From NCBI GenBank assembly GCA_965208675.1, contig OZ242351.1, positions 3,456,001 through 3,520,000 of the forward strand: a stretch of DNA of 64,000 bases. Reading direction: 5' to 3'. Below the pieces are notes generated by a model. It worked only from the letters and a program-made list of their open reading frames with translations. It had not been told where the DNA came from and made no database searches. Each line of letters begins with the position of its first letter. The stretch's first letter is position 1. This DNA comes from Candidatus Poribacteria bacterium. GTDB taxonomy: Bacteria; Poribacteria; WGA-4E; PCPOR2b. The position numbers and the translations under genes are program-made. Of this stretch, positions 27,458 through 39,614 are shown piece after piece.

Positions 27458-29683
27458 ATGAAGGTAGAAATGCAACTTGGAGAGGAAAAGCTGTCGATCG
27501 AGACAGGGAAGGTCGCGAAACAAGCGGATGGCGCTGCTTGGGTGCAATATGGCGGAACGGTGGTTTTAGTGACTGTCGTTGCGGATAAGAGGGAAAGTAA
27601 CTTAGATTTTTTTCCTTTAACCGTTGACTATCGTGAGAGAGCCTATGCTGCGGGGAAGATTCCAAATGTTTATGGAAGACGAGAACCGCGTCCCGGTATG
27701 CGGGAACGTTTGGTTGCACGTCTAGCTGATCACTGTATTCGCCCGCTTTTTCCGAAAGATTTTAAACCTGAAGTACAGATTTTGGCGACGGTACTTTCTT
27801 CAGATCAGGTTCACCCGGCGGATGTCCCTGCTTTAATTGGGACTTCGGCGGCGTTGAGTATCTCGGATATACCGTTTAATGGTCCGGTCGGAGCGGTTAC
27901 CGTAGGAAAACTGGATGGCAGATTAGTTATTAACCCAACCTATGAAGAATTGGAAGCATCTGAGCTAGAGCTCTTTGTGAGCGGCAACACATCCGCGGTT
28001 ATGTCCGTTGAGGGCGGGGCTGACGAACTCCCAGAAGATGAAATTATTGATGCGATCGTTTTTGCCCATGAACAGATTAAGGAAATTATCAAACTTCAGG
28101 AGGGTTTGGTTGCGTTATGTGGAAGACCTGTGCGAGAGTATCAGACCAAGGAAATTGATGCGGAACTGAATGCACAGGTTCGGAATCTTGCTACGGAAAA
28201 AATCCGTGCGTCCATTGGTATGACGAACAAACAGGATCGCGAGGATTACCTTGAGCAGGTGCAGGAAGATGTTCTGTCAGAAATTTTGGACGAAAACGAG
28301 GAACCGGACAGCGCCGTAACACAAAACGCCATCGCCGTATTGAGCGAAATTGAGAAAGAGGAGATGCGGCGTTCTATTTTGGATGAAGGCAAACGCGCCG
28401 ATGGACGCGGCACTCAGGAAATTCGTCAAATCACGGGAGAGATTTCTCTTCTTCCGCGAGTACACGGTTCGTCACTGTTCACACGCGGGCAAACCCAGGC
28501 GCTTTGTGTTGTAACGCTGGGTACTTCAGGAGATGCCGATGTGGAACGGGGGCTCCTAGGTGAAATCAGCCGTCCGTTCTTTTTGCACTATAATTTTCCG
28601 CCGTTCAGCACTGGTGAAGTGAAACGCATGATGGGGCCGGGGCGAAGGGAAATGGGTCATGGCGCACTGGCGCAAAGGGCGCTTGAACCCGTTATTCCCT
28701 CGAAGGAGGAATTTGCATATACCGTCCGCGTCGTCGCAGATATTCTTGAATCGAACGCCTCATCCTCCATGGCAACAGTATGCGGCGCAACATTGGCGTT
28801 GATGGACGCAGGTGTGCCTATAAAAAAACCGGTTGCCGGGGTTGGCGTGGGCTTGATCAAAGAAGGCGACCAGGAGATAATTTTGACGGACATGCTTGGC
28901 GCCGAAGACTTTCTTGGGGATATGGATTTTAAGATAGCGGGTACGATGAGTGGTGTGACTGCCATTCAGATGGACATTAAGATTGGCGGTGTGACGCCGG
29001 AGTTAATGCGAAAGGCTATCCATCAGGCTAAGGAAGCCCGCGTGATTGTGCTGGACAAGATGGGCGAGGTGATTGCGGAACCGCGTGAAGAACTTTCCCC
29101 GTACGCGCCACGAATTTATTACCTGCAAATTTCGCCAGCGAAGATTAAGGATTTGATTGGTCCCCGCGGCAAAGTTATCCAAGGCATTCAAGAAGAAACG
29201 GGCGTGACCATCAATGTAGAAGATGATGGAAAAGTTGAGGTGGCGTCAACAAGCGCGGAAGCCGCCAAAAAAGCGGAAGAGAGAATACTTGCGGTGACGG
29301 CCGTGCCGGAAATCGGGAAAGAATATGCTGGGAAAGTGATTCGGACAACGTCGTTTGGAGCTTTTGTTGAAATACTTCCGGGTCAAGACGGACTTATACA
29401 TATTTCGCAAATGGGCGATGGTTACGTCCGGCAGGTTGAAGATGTGATGAACGTCGGTGACGAAGTTGCCGTAAGCGTATTGACGATTGATGAACAGGGC
29501 CGCGTTGATTTAAAAATGGCAAATGATGGGCCGTCGGCTGAATCAAGCCCGGCGGAACGGAGTGCGCCGCGCGGCCGTCGAGGAGGACAACGCGATTCTC
29601 GTAACAATCGGAATGGCCGCAACGAAAATCCACGCGAGTCACAGCGGCGCGGGCCGCCGAGAATTCCTAAAGGACGCGTTTAG
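27458..29683 (+). CDS. pnp: Polyribonucleotide nucleotidyltransferase
   Basis: FFPLTVDYRE, RREMGHG, GDMDFKIAG, KH and S1 domains, Arg-rich tail. Confidence 0.98.
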   Translation: MKVEMQLGEEKLSIETGKVAKQADGAAWVQYGGTVVLVTVVADKRESNLDFFPLTVDYRERAYAAGKIPNVYGRREPRPGMRERLVARLADHCIRPLFPKDFKPEVQILATVLSSDQVHPADVPALIGTSAALSISDIPFNGPVGAVTVGKLDGRLVINPTYEELEASELELFVSGNTSAVMSVEGGADELPEDEIIDAIVFAHEQIKEIIKLQEGLVALCGRPVREYQTKEIDAELNAQVRNLATEKIRASIGMTNKQDREDYLEQVQEDVLSEILDENEEPDSAVTQNAIAVLSEIEKEEMRRSILDEGKRADGRGTQEIRQITGEISLLPRVHGSSLFTRGQTQALCVVTLGTSGDADVERGLLGEISRPFFLHYNFPPFSTGEVKRMMGPGRREMGHGALAQRALEPVIPSKEEFAYTVRVVADILESNASSSMATVCGATLALMDAGVPIKKPVAGVGVGLIKEGDQEIILTDMLGAEDFLGDMDFKIAGTMSGVTAIQMDIKIGGVTPELMRKAIHQAKEARVIVLDKMGEVIAEPREELSPYAPRIYYLQISPAKIKDLIGPRGKVIQGIQEETGVTINVEDDGKVEVASTSAEAAKKAEERILAVTAVPEIGKEYAGKVIRTTSFGAFVEILPGQDGLIHISQMGDGYVRQVEDVMNVGDEVAVSVLTIDEQGRVDLKMANDGPSAESSPAERSAPRGRRGGQRDSRNNRNGRNENPRESQRRGPPRIPKGRV

Positions 29684-30104
29684 CTAATAAGGCTAGGGTG
29701 TTGCGGGTATTGTCTGATTCTAACCTTTTAGTCTATGCTCATACTTGATGAAAGCCGTGTGAGATGCAATCAAAAAGACCGATTCGGGCAAAAAGAGATT
29801 TACTGGATCAGAAATGGTTGACCTATTTCTTAATCTTTGTATTGCTCCTTTTAATTGCAATCTTCGTACTGTCCTTGAGGTATCAAGATTCGATTGTCCG
29901 AAATGCAAAACGGCTACTGCATCATGCGAAGCAGTTACTAAATAGAAAAAAAAGCGAACCTCCCCGTCCACGTCCGATGGGAATGCGGCAAAGCGAGAAA
30001 GCGGCCCCTATGCCAACTTTCTCACTTTGCCTCGCATAGTGCATCTCTCACCCGCCCATCTTTTTACTCTCCGCCGCAAAATTTACAAGGCAGGAGCACA
30101 TCAG

Positions 30105-30644
30105 ATGTCTGAAAATAAACAATCATTTGTGCCTCAATGTGTTCTGATTACGGTGCTATTAATTTTGCCCACTTTCATCTTCGGTTGCGGCTATGTGTCA
30201 ACATCCTCTTATCTTGAACATATCAAGACTGTAAATATTCCGCTAATTACTATTGAAGATCCAGACTTTTCTTATGACGCGGATTCAGGTACAACGTACG
30301 ATGAAATTATTACGGAGCAATTGAGGGATCGGTTTAACCAGAAATGGCGCGACGGCAACGATGCACAACTTGATTTGGTTATACTCGACTACGACTTGGA
30401 ACCGATTCAGTATGATGTCAACAATAATCCGTCTCAGTTTCGCATGAGTTTGCAGATTGAATACGAGTTTCGTGATCGCGTACAAAACAGGATTATTGAT
30501 CGTCAGGAGAACTATATACAAATTCACGACTTCTATATAACTTCAGTTACAGGCGAGGAACCGGAGACTCGCCAGGAAGCAACGACACGGCTTATTCGAG
30601 AACTAACTGACGATCTTTACAACCAGCTCGCTGAACAGTGGTAA
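30105..30644 (+). CDS. LptE-like lipoprotein
   Basis: Lipobox-like IFGCGY followed by 'HIKTVNIP'; size fits LptE-like proteins. Confidence 0.6.
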   Translation: MSENKQSFVPQCVLITVLLILPTFIFGCGYVSTSSYLEHIKTVNIPLITIEDPDFSYDADSGTTYDEIITEQLRDRFNQKWRDGNDAQLDLVILDYDLEPIQYDVNNNPSQFRMSLQIEYEFRDRVQNRIIDRQENYIQIHDFYITSVTGEEPETRQEATTRLIRELTDDLYNQLAEQW

Positions 30645-30647
30645 ATT

Positions 30648-31688
30648 GTGGGCGGAAATTTCGGAAATCCAGGAATGGGAACGCGGCAGCAGTATCTCTG
30701 GTTTTTTCATACCATTTACGCATTAATCTTTCTCTCATGCCGCGCAGAACAGGGCAATTACACCGCCGTAAATCATAACGGCCGCTATCTTTATGGAGTT
30801 TGGCATGCCCATACAGCCAAAGCGGCAGAGAATCTCTCACGCCAAATAGCGACTGCCTGCGCAGCAAATCCTCCGCAAATTGAGCAACTTCCAATAATCA
30901 CAGTCGACAAATCAATAAATCTCTTGCCAAAAAATGGTGAAGCATCCGATTGGGTGCGCTCACGGACACCGAGTACGTATACAGGTCAACATCTGTATAA
31001 AGATGTGATCGGCGGCAACGCTGGATTGTATCATGCCTACGGATTTGTCGAAGCGGCGAATGTTGAGTACCAAACCCCCAAGCTTGGATCCAAACCCCTG
31101 ATTTTGGTGGAAATCTTCGACATGAGAAAACCTGAGAACGCCTTTGGACGCTTTAGCTTTGATCGCTACCCTCAAGATAACCACGAGTGGGTCGGCAGCA
31201 AAGCAATCATCTCCGGAGATACGCTTAGTTTTTGCAAGGGGAAATATTTCATACAGATTGAAGGTTATGAGTTTGCTAGTGCGATTAAAGACGGCATGAA
31301 GGCACTTGCCCGAGTCATTGCCAAGCGCATCAAAGATTCACCAGACCCAAAACCGCTGCTACTGAAGTTACTTCCCCGAAAAAATCAGGTGCGGTATAGC
31401 GGAAAATATTTCACATCTGACTCGCTGTTAAGAGAGACGTATCGCTTCCTACCTGAGAATGTGTTAAAACTCGGCTCAAACGCTTCTACCGTTTCAGCGC
31501 AGTATCACCATAAGTCCTCCAAAAAACCCACAAATTTAGCTTTGCCAGATGCCATGATTGGATTTATCAGCCGGTATGAAAATGCATCTGATGCAAAGGG
31601 AGCTTACAAAGTTTATCAAGGATACCTCGATGAAAACGCAACTGTTGTCAATACAACGCAATCTGGCGGAATTATTGCCAAGCATTAG
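30648..31688 (+). CDS. Hypothetical protein (DUF6599-like); start uncertain
   Basis: LYKDVIGGNAGLYHAYGF, VEIFDM...NAFG, KGKYFIQI. Confidence 0.55.
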   Translation: MGGNFGNPGMGTRQQYLWFFHTIYALIFLSCRAEQGNYTAVNHNGRYLYGVWHAHTAKAAENLSRQIATACAANPPQIEQLPIITVDKSINLLPKNGEASDWVRSRTPSTYTGQHLYKDVIGGNAGLYHAYGFVEAANVEYQTPKLGSKPLILVEIFDMRKPENAFGRFSFDRYPQDNHEWVGSKAIISGDTLSFCKGKYFIQIEGYEFASAIKDGMKALARVIAKRIKDSPDPKPLLLKLLPRKNQVRYSGKYFTSDSLLRETYRFLPENVLKLGSNASTVSAQYHHKSSKKPTNLALPDAMIGFISRYENASDAKGAYKVYQGYLDENATVVNTTQSGGIIAKH

Positions 31689-31878
31689 CGCAATTATTGC
31701 CGCGAACCTTGTCTTGGCTGTCACTACAAGGCGTGAGTTAAATGGGGACGCCGATTGTATCTATTGACCATAAATTTGTTGCACCTGCCCTTTAGCCAAC
31801 TCAGTTCGTAAAGGCAGGTTTGGAGTTAAAATAGAGGTTAGACAAGATTTGACGTATTTTTCTTAAATACACTACACC

Positions 31879-32976
31879 ATGCAAGAGAGCCTAAAACGCA
31901 CGCCGCTCTACCACATACATAAAACCCTCGGTGCGAAACTAATTGAATTTGGCGGTTGGGAAATGCCCGTCCAATATAGCGGAATAATAGATGAACATTT
32001 GGCGGTCAGGTCGAACTTGGGGATTTTTGACCTTTCACACATGGGAGAGATTGAAATACGTGGTGCGGGCGCTTTGCCGCTGATTCAGAAACTCATCACC
32101 AATGACGCCGAACACAAACTTGTTGATGGACGGATTCTCTATTCCCCGATGTGCAATGAAAATGGCGGCATTGTGGATGATGTGGTGGTCTATCGTTTCC
32201 AAGCTGACCGGTATATGGTTGTTGTCAACGCGACGAACATTGGGGCGGACTTTGAATGGATGTGTGCTCACAATGACACCGGTGCGGAAATCGAGAACCG
32301 AAGCGATGAAACTGTTCTTATTGCGCTGCAAGGACGGAACGCCCCGACAGTTTTGCAAAAACTTACCAATACTGAAATCACGGCGCTCAAATACTTCTGG
32401 TTTACGGAAGGAGAAGTAGCCGGCGTGCCGACGGTTATTTCACGGACAGGGTATACAGGTGAGGCCGGATTCGAGCTTTATGCAAATGCTGGTTGCGGTA
32501 CAGATTTGTGGAATGCCATCTATGAAGCAGCGGCTACAATTAGCGGCAAACCCGTTGGATTAGGCGCAAGGGACACATTGCGGCTTGAGATGAAGTATTG
32601 CTTGTACGGAAACGATATCAACGAGACAACAACGCCGTTGGAGGCGGGATTAAATTGGACAATCGCCTTCGACAAGAAGGATTTCATAGGCCGAGATACG
32701 CTAATCAAACAACATACTGAAGGGATAAAACGCCGCTTGGCAGGGTTTCAGATGTTGAATCGCAGTGTCGCACGCGCTCACTACGCGGTTTACAACAAAA
32801 ACCAACACGTCGGGGCGGTTACGAGCGGCCTGCCGTCACCGAGTTTGAAATGCAATATTGGGCTTGCATATCTTCCCGTCGAACACAGCAAGATTAACAC
32901 GAAAATCGAAATCGACATTCGAGGGAAACGCCATCCGGCGAAGGTTGTACGTACGCCGTTTTATCAGCCTGATTGA
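31879..32976 (+). CDS. gcvT: Glycine cleavage system aminomethyltransferase T
   Basis: LKRTPLY, FDLSHMGE, SRTGYTGE, GLGARDTLRLE. Confidence 0.97.
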   Translation: MQESLKRTPLYHIHKTLGAKLIEFGGWEMPVQYSGIIDEHLAVRSNLGIFDLSHMGEIEIRGAGALPLIQKLITNDAEHKLVDGRILYSPMCNENGGIVDDVVVYRFQADRYMVVVNATNIGADFEWMCAHNDTGAEIENRSDETVLIALQGRNAPTVLQKLTNTEITALKYFWFTEGEVAGVPTVISRTGYTGEAGFELYANAGCGTDLWNAIYEAAATISGKPVGLGARDTLRLEMKYCLYGNDINETTTPLEAGLNWTIAFDKKDFIGRDTLIKQHTEGIKRRLAGFQMLNRSVARAHYAVYNKNQHVGAVTSGLPSPSLKCNIGLAYLPVEHSKINTKIEIDIRGKRHPAKVVRTPFYQPD

Positions 32977-32985
32977 GGAGTAAAG

Positions 32986-33387
32986 ATGCCAGAAGAACAG
33001 AAATTTCCTGAAGACCTAAAATACCGCGAGACTCACGAATGGGCTAGGCGGGAAGGCGGCATTGTCACAGTCGGTATTAGCAACTATGCACAAGAAGAAC
33101 TTCAAGATGTGGTTTACGTTGAACTTCCAGAAGTCGGTGCATCCGTAGCGTTGGAACAAGAGTTTGGTGTCATCGAATCCGTTAAAGCAGCATTTAATCT
33201 CTGGCCACCGGTCAGCGGCGAAGTTATTGAGGTGAATGAGGACCTCGAAGATGCGCCGGAGTTAATAAACGAACACCCCTACAGCTTAGGTTGGTTGATT
33301 AAGATTCGGATAAACGATCCGGACGAGTTGGATAACCTCTTGTCCCCTGATGAATACCGGACACTCGTCGAAGGGGAGAGAGATTGA
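32986..33387 (+). CDS. gcvH: Glycine cleavage system H protein
   Basis: THEWA, IESVKAA lipoyl-lysine motif. Confidence 0.97.
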   Translation: MPEEQKFPEDLKYRETHEWARREGGIVTVGISNYAQEELQDVVYVELPEVGASVALEQEFGVIESVKAAFNLWPPVSGEVIEVNEDLEDAPELINEHPYSLGWLIKIRINDPDELDNLLSPDEYRTLVEGERD

Positions 33388-36320
33388 CAGATCAGATAAC
33401 CCCAACTTCCAACGCCGATGAGCGTCAGACTTCAAGGCACCTCCCCTTTACAGACAATTTTGTTGACCGACATATTGGCCCTCGTGAGGACGAAGTAAAT
33501 CTGATGCTAGAAAAAATTGGGTATGCTTCACTAGACAATCTGATTGAAGATATCGTACCCGCAGATATTCGTCTAGACCGCCCTCTTAATCTGGGAAAGG
33601 GCAAAACTGAATTTGAAGCTCTTGAGGCGTTGAAAGATATTGCTTCTCAAAACAAGGTGTTTCGAAGTTTTATTGGAATGGGTTATCACAATTGCATTAC
33701 CCCGCCTGTTATCCGGAGAAACATCCTTGAAAACCCCGGGTGGTACACACAGTACACACCGTATCAGGCAGAGATATCACAAGGCCGGCTCGAAGCTTTG
33801 CTAAACTTCCAAACAATGATAATTGACCTGACGGGCCTCCCCATTGCAAACGCCTCGCTTTTGGATGAGAGTACTGCGGCCGCTGAAGCGATGGGGATGT
33901 GCCTCGCCGTGAAAAAACCTAATGTGAGGCGGCAATTTTTTGTCTCCAAATTGTGCCATCCCCAAACAATCTCTGTCCTTCAGACTCGCGCAGAGCCTCT
34001 GGGGATAGCACTCCTTATCGGCGATCATCGGGAAGTTACGTTCGAATCCGCCCCTATTTTGGGCGCGCTTGTACAATATCCTGCAAGTGATGGCGAGGTT
34101 TATGACTATTCAGATTTTGCAAAGCGAATCCATGATGCGAATGGGCTGTTGGCCGTGGCTGCAGATGTGCTAAGCCTGACATTATTGGCGTCTCCAGGCG
34201 AATTCGGTGCGGATATTGCTGTCGGATCCACGCAACGGTTTGGCGTGCCGATGGGATACGGCGGCCCTCATGCAGCTTATTTCGCAACCAGAGAAGAATT
34301 CAAGCGCAAAACGCCGGGGAGAATGGTAGGCGTTTCAGAGGACGCAGAAGGGCGTCCTGCACTGCGTCTCGCGCTTCAGACCCGTGAGCAGCACATTCGG
34401 AGAGAAAAAGCAACAAGCAACATTTGTACGGCACAAGTGTTATTGGCGGTGATGGCGAGTATGTACGCTGTTTATCATGGGCCCAATGGACTTCGGAGAA
34501 TTGCTGAACGCATTCATTTGCTGACGTGTGCGCTCCGCGAAGGATTGGCTCGGTTAGGATACTCTTCCGGCGACAGCCCGTTCTTTGATACGCTCAAGGT
34601 CAATCTAAATTCAGTCAATCTCAAGGACATTCTGTCTGCGGCGCGTGAAAGGCAGATTAATATCCGAGTTCTTGATTGCGCGCACGCCGGAATTTCGCTT
34701 GATGAAACAAGCTCTCTTCGGGATGTACATGATCTTCTTGAAATATTCTCACTCGGAAAAAATCTCCCCTTTGAAGTTGAAGATTTAGTTGATGTACATT
34801 CCACGAAAACCCCAACCGCACTTCAGGATTCGGTACACATTCCTATACCATTACGTCGAAAGAGTTCCTATCTTACCCATCCGGTTTTCAATATCTATCA
34901 CTCCGAAACGGAGATGTTGCGGTACATCCAGAAACTTCAGGAAAAAGATTTGTCATTGGTAACATCGATGATTCCGCTCGGATCCTGTACGATGAAACTC
35001 AATGCCACCGCTGAAATGATTCCTGTCACATGGCCCGAATTCAGCAATCTTCACCCGTTTGCTCCGCTTGAACAGGCGGAGGGATACCAAATTCTCTTTA
35101 AGCAGCTTGAATCGCGGCTTGCAGAAATCACTGGATTCGCCGGCATCTCCCTCCAGCCTAACGCCGGATCCCAAGGCGAATACGCGGGACTCTTGGTCAT
35201 CCGCAAATATCATCAGCGCCAGGGCGAAGGACATCGCAACGTTTGCTTGATACCCCAATCTGCCCACGGCACAAACCCTGCGAGCGCAGTGATGGCTGGA
35301 ATGCGAGTGGTGGTTGTAACGTGCGACGCCGACGGCAATATCGATCTTACGAATCTTCGGGCGAAGTCTGAGGAGCACCATCAGAATCTGGCAGCAGCAA
35401 TGGTTACTTACCCATCAACTCATGGCGTTTTTGAAGAACAGATTAGGGAAATTTGCGACATCGTCCATCAGCACGGTGGACTGGTCTACATGGATGGGGC
35501 AAATATGAACGCAATGGTGGGTCTGTCTCGTCCGGGTGATTTCGGTCCGGATGTGTGCCATCTGAATCTACACAAGACGTTTTGTATTCCTCACGGCGGC
35601 GGCGGCCCTGGAATGGGGCCGATTGGCGTTAAGGAACATCTCGTTCGTTTTCTCCCAACCCATCCGGCGGCGGCGGTTGGCGGTGAGGATGGAATTGGTG
35701 CAATTTCAGCTGCGCCATGGGGCAGTGCCTGCATCCTTCCAATCTCCTGGGCATACATTGCGATGATGGGCGCCCAAGGGCTAAAGCGGGCAACCGAAGT
35801 GGCAATTTTGAATGCTAATTATGCCGCCAAAACTCTTGAACCACATTTCTCGATACTTTACAAAGGGACAAAAGGATTGGTAGCGCACGAATGTATAATT
35901 GACCTTCGCGATTTCAAAAAGAGTATCGGTGTTGGTGTAGGCGATGTAGCAAAGCGGCTGATGGACTACGGTTTTCACGCGCCGACGGTATCGTGGCCAG
36001 TTCCTGAAACCATGATGATTGAACCGACCGAAAGCGAATCCAAGGCGGAATTGGATCGGTTTAGCGAAGCGTTGATTTCCATCCGGCAAGAAATCTCAGA
36101 AATTGAGGCGGGAACGGTAGACCGGTCTGACAATGTACTTAAAAATGCACCCCACACTGTTAAACACGTAACGCGGTCCGCGTGGACTCATGGATATTCT
36201 CGAGAAAAGGCGGTGTTTCCAGCGCCGTGGACAAACGAACGTAAATTTTGGCCCCCCGTGGCGCGGATTGATGAGGTATTCGGAGACCGTAATCTTATCT
36301 GTTGGTGTCCCCCCGTGTAG
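33384..36320 (+). CDS. gcvP: Glycine dehydrogenase (decarboxylating), single-chain
   Basis: [45 protein letters not shown]. Confidence 0.98.
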   Translation: MTDQITPTSNADERQTSRHLPFTDNFVDRHIGPREDEVNLMLEKIGYASLDNLIEDIVPADIRLDRPLNLGKGKTEFEALEALKDIASQNKVFRSFIGMGYHNCITPPVIRRNILENPGWYTQYTPYQAEISQGRLEALLNFQTMIIDLTGLPIANASLLDESTAAAEAMGMCLAVKKPNVRRQFFVSKLCHPQTISVLQTRAEPLGIALLIGDHREVTFESAPILGALVQYPASDGEVYDYSDFAKRIHDANGLLAVAADVLSLTLLASPGEFGADIAVGSTQRFGVPMGYGGPHAAYFATREEFKRKTPGRMVGVSEDAEGRPALRLALQTREQHIRREKATSNICTAQVLLAVMASMYAVYHGPNGLRRIAERIHLLTCALREGLARLGYSSGDSPFFDTLKVNLNSVNLKDILSAARERQINIRVLDCAHAGISLDETSSLRDVHDLLEIFSLGKNLPFEVEDLVDVHSTKTPTALQDSVHIPIPLRRKSSYLTHPVFNIYHSETEMLRYIQKLQEKDLSLVTSMIPLGSCTMKLNATAEMIPVTWPEFSNLHPFAPLEQAEGYQILFKQLESRLAEITGFAGISLQPNAGSQGEYAGLLVIRKYHQRQGEGHRNVCLIPQSAHGTNPASAVMAGMRVVVVTCDADGNIDLTNLRAKSEEHHQNLAAAMVTYPSTHGVFEEQIREICDIVHQHGGLVYMDGANMNAMVGLSRPGDFGPDVCHLNLHKTFCIPHGGGGPGMGPIGVKEHLVRFLPTHPAAAVGGEDGIGAISAAPWGSACILPISWAYIAMMGAQGLKRATEVAILNANYAAKTLEPHFSILYKGTKGLVAHECIIDLRDFKKSIGVGVGDVAKRLMDYGFHAPTVSWPVPETMMIEPTESESKAELDRFSEALISIRQEISEIEAGTVDRSDNVLKNAPHTVKHVTRSAWTHGYSREKAVFPAPWTNERKFWPPVARIDEVFGDRNLICWCPPV

Positions 36321-36400
36321 ATTTTAGGGCGTTCAACAGGAAACATCTAGAGATTCCAAAACTTGTTGTGCCTTAAAGCTCAACGTAAACATGAACAGGT

Positions 36401-37780
36401 ATGAAAGCAATCGTCATAGGTGTGGGAGAGTTCGGATTTCATGCAGCGAAGCTGTTGACGGCCGAGAACAACGACGTTGTTCTGATTGACCAGTCGGAGA
36501 CAGCTTGCCGGCGTGCTCAGGAACAGCTAGATCTCTCGACACTCCAAGGTTCAGGGGCTTCACCCCCCTTATTAAAACAGGCTGGCATCCAAGACGCCGA
36601 GTTACTTATTGCTGCAACGAACTGCGATGAAATAAACTTACTCGCGTGTTTGATCGCTTCCAAACATGGAGTGGAGACGAAGGTTGCGCGCGTTTCGTCT
36701 CCGGACTACTTCGCGAACAATGAAGATTTATCGCCGCAGGACTTTGGAATTGACCTGCTCATCAATCCGGACCAACTCTGTGCACAAGAGTTTTTGCGGC
36801 TGCTCAATATGCCGGAAGCGCGTGAAATTGTCGAATTTGAAGACGGCAAGGTACAGTTGGTTGCATTTCAGGTGAATGCTTCCAATCCGCTCCAGGGCAA
36901 AACGCTAAGCCAGATTGGAAGGGAAGGCGTAGCTTGGGGAAACAAAGAACTCACGTCGAACATACTATTCACGGCGATAAAACGTAAGGATGGCACGACG
37001 ATTATTCCGAAAGGGGGAGACCGCATCTTAGTAGGCGATGAAGCCTTTGCAATCGGAAGCCGCGAATCGGTTATGCATCTCCTTGAACTTTCCGGTGTGT
37101 CCTTGAATCGAAAACTCAAGCGGGTAATAATCGTCGGTGCCGGGCGAATTGGTATTTATTTGGCGCAAGCCTTGGAAAAGGGCGGAGTGCAAGTCAAAAT
37201 GATTGAATCGGACCGTAGGTTGGCCGAAGCTGCATCAACCATTTTGAATAAAACCACGCTGCTCTACGGTAATTACTTGCAGCCCGGTTTCTTGGAGCAA
37301 GCCGGTGTCAACGAAGCGGATGGATTTGTATCCGTAACGGGCGACGATGAAAACGATATTATGGCGTGTGTGACAGCCAAGCAGAACGGCGCTGCCCGTG
37401 TGGTTGCACTGGTTCAAAAACCGCGTTACTTGCCAATCCTTGCATCTATTCCGCCACTTGATGCGGCGGTGAGTCTCCACATAAATGCGGTCAACAACAG
37501 CCTTCGGCTGATTCGCCGAGGGCCCGTGGTGTCTGCGGCATCGTTGCGAGAGGTTGACGCGGAAGTCATCGAACTTGTTGCGGGTATCAACTCAAGAGTT
37601 ACGCACAAAGAGATTAACCACTTGAAATTGCCCGATGACGCTTTGATTGGCGCAATTGTTCGGCGCGATCGAGTTTTTGTTCCGACAGGCGACCTCGTGA
37701 TTCAAGTGGGGGACCGTGTCATTATCTTCAGTTTACCAGATGCAATCCCTGCTGTCGAAGCACTGTTCTCAGAGAAGTAA
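36401..37780 (+). CDS. trkA: Trk K+ uptake regulatory subunit
   Basis: Two RCK_N/RCK_C pairs (GVGEFG, GAGRIG); 459 aa. Confidence 0.93.
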   Translation: MKAIVIGVGEFGFHAAKLLTAENNDVVLIDQSETACRRAQEQLDLSTLQGSGASPPLLKQAGIQDAELLIAATNCDEINLLACLIASKHGVETKVARVSSPDYFANNEDLSPQDFGIDLLINPDQLCAQEFLRLLNMPEAREIVEFEDGKVQLVAFQVNASNPLQGKTLSQIGREGVAWGNKELTSNILFTAIKRKDGTTIIPKGGDRILVGDEAFAIGSRESVMHLLELSGVSLNRKLKRVIIVGAGRIGIYLAQALEKGGVQVKMIESDRRLAEAASTILNKTTLLYGNYLQPGFLEQAGVNEADGFVSVTGDDENDIMACVTAKQNGAARVVALVQKPRYLPILASIPPLDAAVSLHINAVNNSLRLIRRGPVVSAASLREVDAEVIELVAGINSRVTHKEINHLKLPDDALIGAIVRRDRVFVPTGDLVIQVGDRVIIFSLPDAIPAVEALFSEK

Positions 37781-37960
37781 AGGCGAAAGTTAAAACACAA
37801 CGCCTTGATTGGCTGATACGACTGTAACGTCAATTTGATGAAATCTTGAAGCATTGATACTGCAAAAACGATTCGTTTTGAATCATGAAACCACGCTTGA
37901 CGGGTTTCTCTATATGCTTTGGCGCACATAGGCAAAATGGTATAGTCTATTCCTGATGCT

Positions 37961-39496
37961 GTGAATTTAAGATTAGTACGGTACACGCTTGGCAATTTAC
38001 TGGTATGTCTTGCGGCAACGATGCTATGCCCGCTGCTGATAGCTGTGTACTATCAATCGGCAAAGGGCGAAACGGATTTACGAGCGTTTATCTACTCCTT
38101 TCTCATCACGCTCCTCGTCGGACTAGCACTCCGTCTGAGGACGAAATCCGGTCAAGAACTTGGAAACAAAGAAGGGTTTGCCGTTGTCACATTAGGTTGG
38201 GCGGTTATCGCCCTGTTTGGGTCGTTCCCATATTATTTTTACCATGTGTTCGAGGGTGCGGGGAGAAATTGGCTGGCAGAATTTTCTTTTTGCTACTTTG
38301 AATCCATGTCGGGGTTCACAACAACTGGCGCAACCGTTCTCACCGAAATCGAGCATCTTCCCCATGCCATTCTTCTCTGGCGAAGCTTGATGCATTGGCT
38401 TGGCGGAATGGGCATTGTTGTGCTTGCGCTGGCGATATTGCCGATGTTGGGCGTCGGCGGGATGCAGCTTTACCGCGCTGAAGTTCCGGGGCCTAGTAAG
38501 GATCGATTAACACCGCGCATCGCACAAACCGCCAAGCTGCTTTGGGTGGTTTATGTTCTGATTACGTTTGTAGAGGTCATGCTTCTCTGGATTGGCGCTA
38601 CAAAGTTGGTTGCCCCTGAGCTTCGTGCACCTACGGGAGAAGCGTTATTTGATGCATTCTGCCACGCATTCGGTACGATGGCGACCGGCGGCTTCGCAAC
38701 CAAAAATTCGAGCATCGGCCATTATGACAGCGTTTTTATTGACGTGGTCGTCATCATCTTCATGTTCATTGCCGGGGCTAGTTTTTCCTTACACTATCGG
38801 GCTTTGCGCGGTAATTTCAAGAGTTACCTACAAGATGCCGAGTTTCGGTTTTACTGCCTCATGATCATCCTTTGTACGGGGTTAATCGTCTGGAACACGA
38901 CGCGGATCAAAGTTGGTGAGGAGGTTGTCTACGGTTCGATTGGCACAGCGCTGCGCTACGCATCTTTTCAAGTCGTATCGGTTATCACGACAACAGGATA
39001 CGGCACCGCAGATTTTGAACGGTGGCCTTACTTATCCCAAATTATCTTAATTGTATTGATGTTCTTCGGTGGGTGTGCCGGTTCAACGGGGGGCGGGATT
39101 AAGCATGTGCGTTTTTTGCTGCTCATCAAGCAGGGGTACACAGAGATTAAACGGTTAATACTCCCGCACGCCGTCCTGCCTATTAAACTCAATGATAGGG
39201 TGGTTCCGCCGGAGGTCATGACGCACATCCTTGGGTTTTTCTTCCTATTCGTGGGGATTTTCACGATTGCGACTTGCATGATGACAACGTTAGGCATGGA
39301 TTTAGCGAGTGCAGCAGCGTCCGTTATCGCAACGATGGGGAACATCGGCCCCGGTTTTGGATCTGTAGGGCCCGCGGACAATTACGCACATGTCCACCCG
39401 CTGGGGAAATTTATCCTCAGTTTTTGCATGTTATTAGGGCGTCTGGAACTTTACACCGTATTGGTTTTATTCTCACCGAAGTTATGGAGAAAGTGA
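37961..39496 (+). CDS. trkH: Trk K+ uptake membrane subunit
   Basis: ESMSGFTTTGAT, GGCAGSTGGGIK, GNIGPG, LGRLE. Confidence 0.95.
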   Translation: MNLRLVRYTLGNLLVCLAATMLCPLLIAVYYQSAKGETDLRAFIYSFLITLLVGLALRLRTKSGQELGNKEGFAVVTLGWAVIALFGSFPYYFYHVFEGAGRNWLAEFSFCYFESMSGFTTTGATVLTEIEHLPHAILLWRSLMHWLGGMGIVVLALAILPMLGVGGMQLYRAEVPGPSKDRLTPRIAQTAKLLWVVYVLITFVEVMLLWIGATKLVAPELRAPTGEALFDAFCHAFGTMATGGFATKNSSIGHYDSVFIDVVVIIFMFIAGASFSLHYRALRGNFKSYLQDAEFRFYCLMIILCTGLIVWNTTRIKVGEEVVYGSIGTALRYASFQVVSVITTTGYGTADFERWPYLSQIILIVLMFFGGCAGSTGGGIKHVRFLLLIKQGYTEIKRLILPHAVLPIKLNDRVVPPEVMTHILGFFFLFVGIFTIATCMMTTLGMDLASAAASVIATMGNIGPGFGSVGPADNYAHVHPLGKFILSFCMLLGRLELYTVLVLFSPKLWRK

Positions 39497-39614
39497 ATTA
39501 ACGTGGCGATACAGAATCATTAAAGCGCATGTAGGATAGGTTGAACGGTTACACAACCCCAATATTTGACTCTACAGGCATTCAGCAGTTATTAGCTTTA
39601 GCCCCTAATCAATT

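Noticed and set aside
29764-30039. 91-aa single-TM ORF after pnp
   Set aside because: Plausible, but there is no clear RBS or family motif, so it could not be supported.
31689-31878. Glycine riboswitch upstream of gcvT
   Set aside because: Only one simple hairpin; the conserved GGAGA/CCGAAG/CTCAGG aptamer motifs were not seen.
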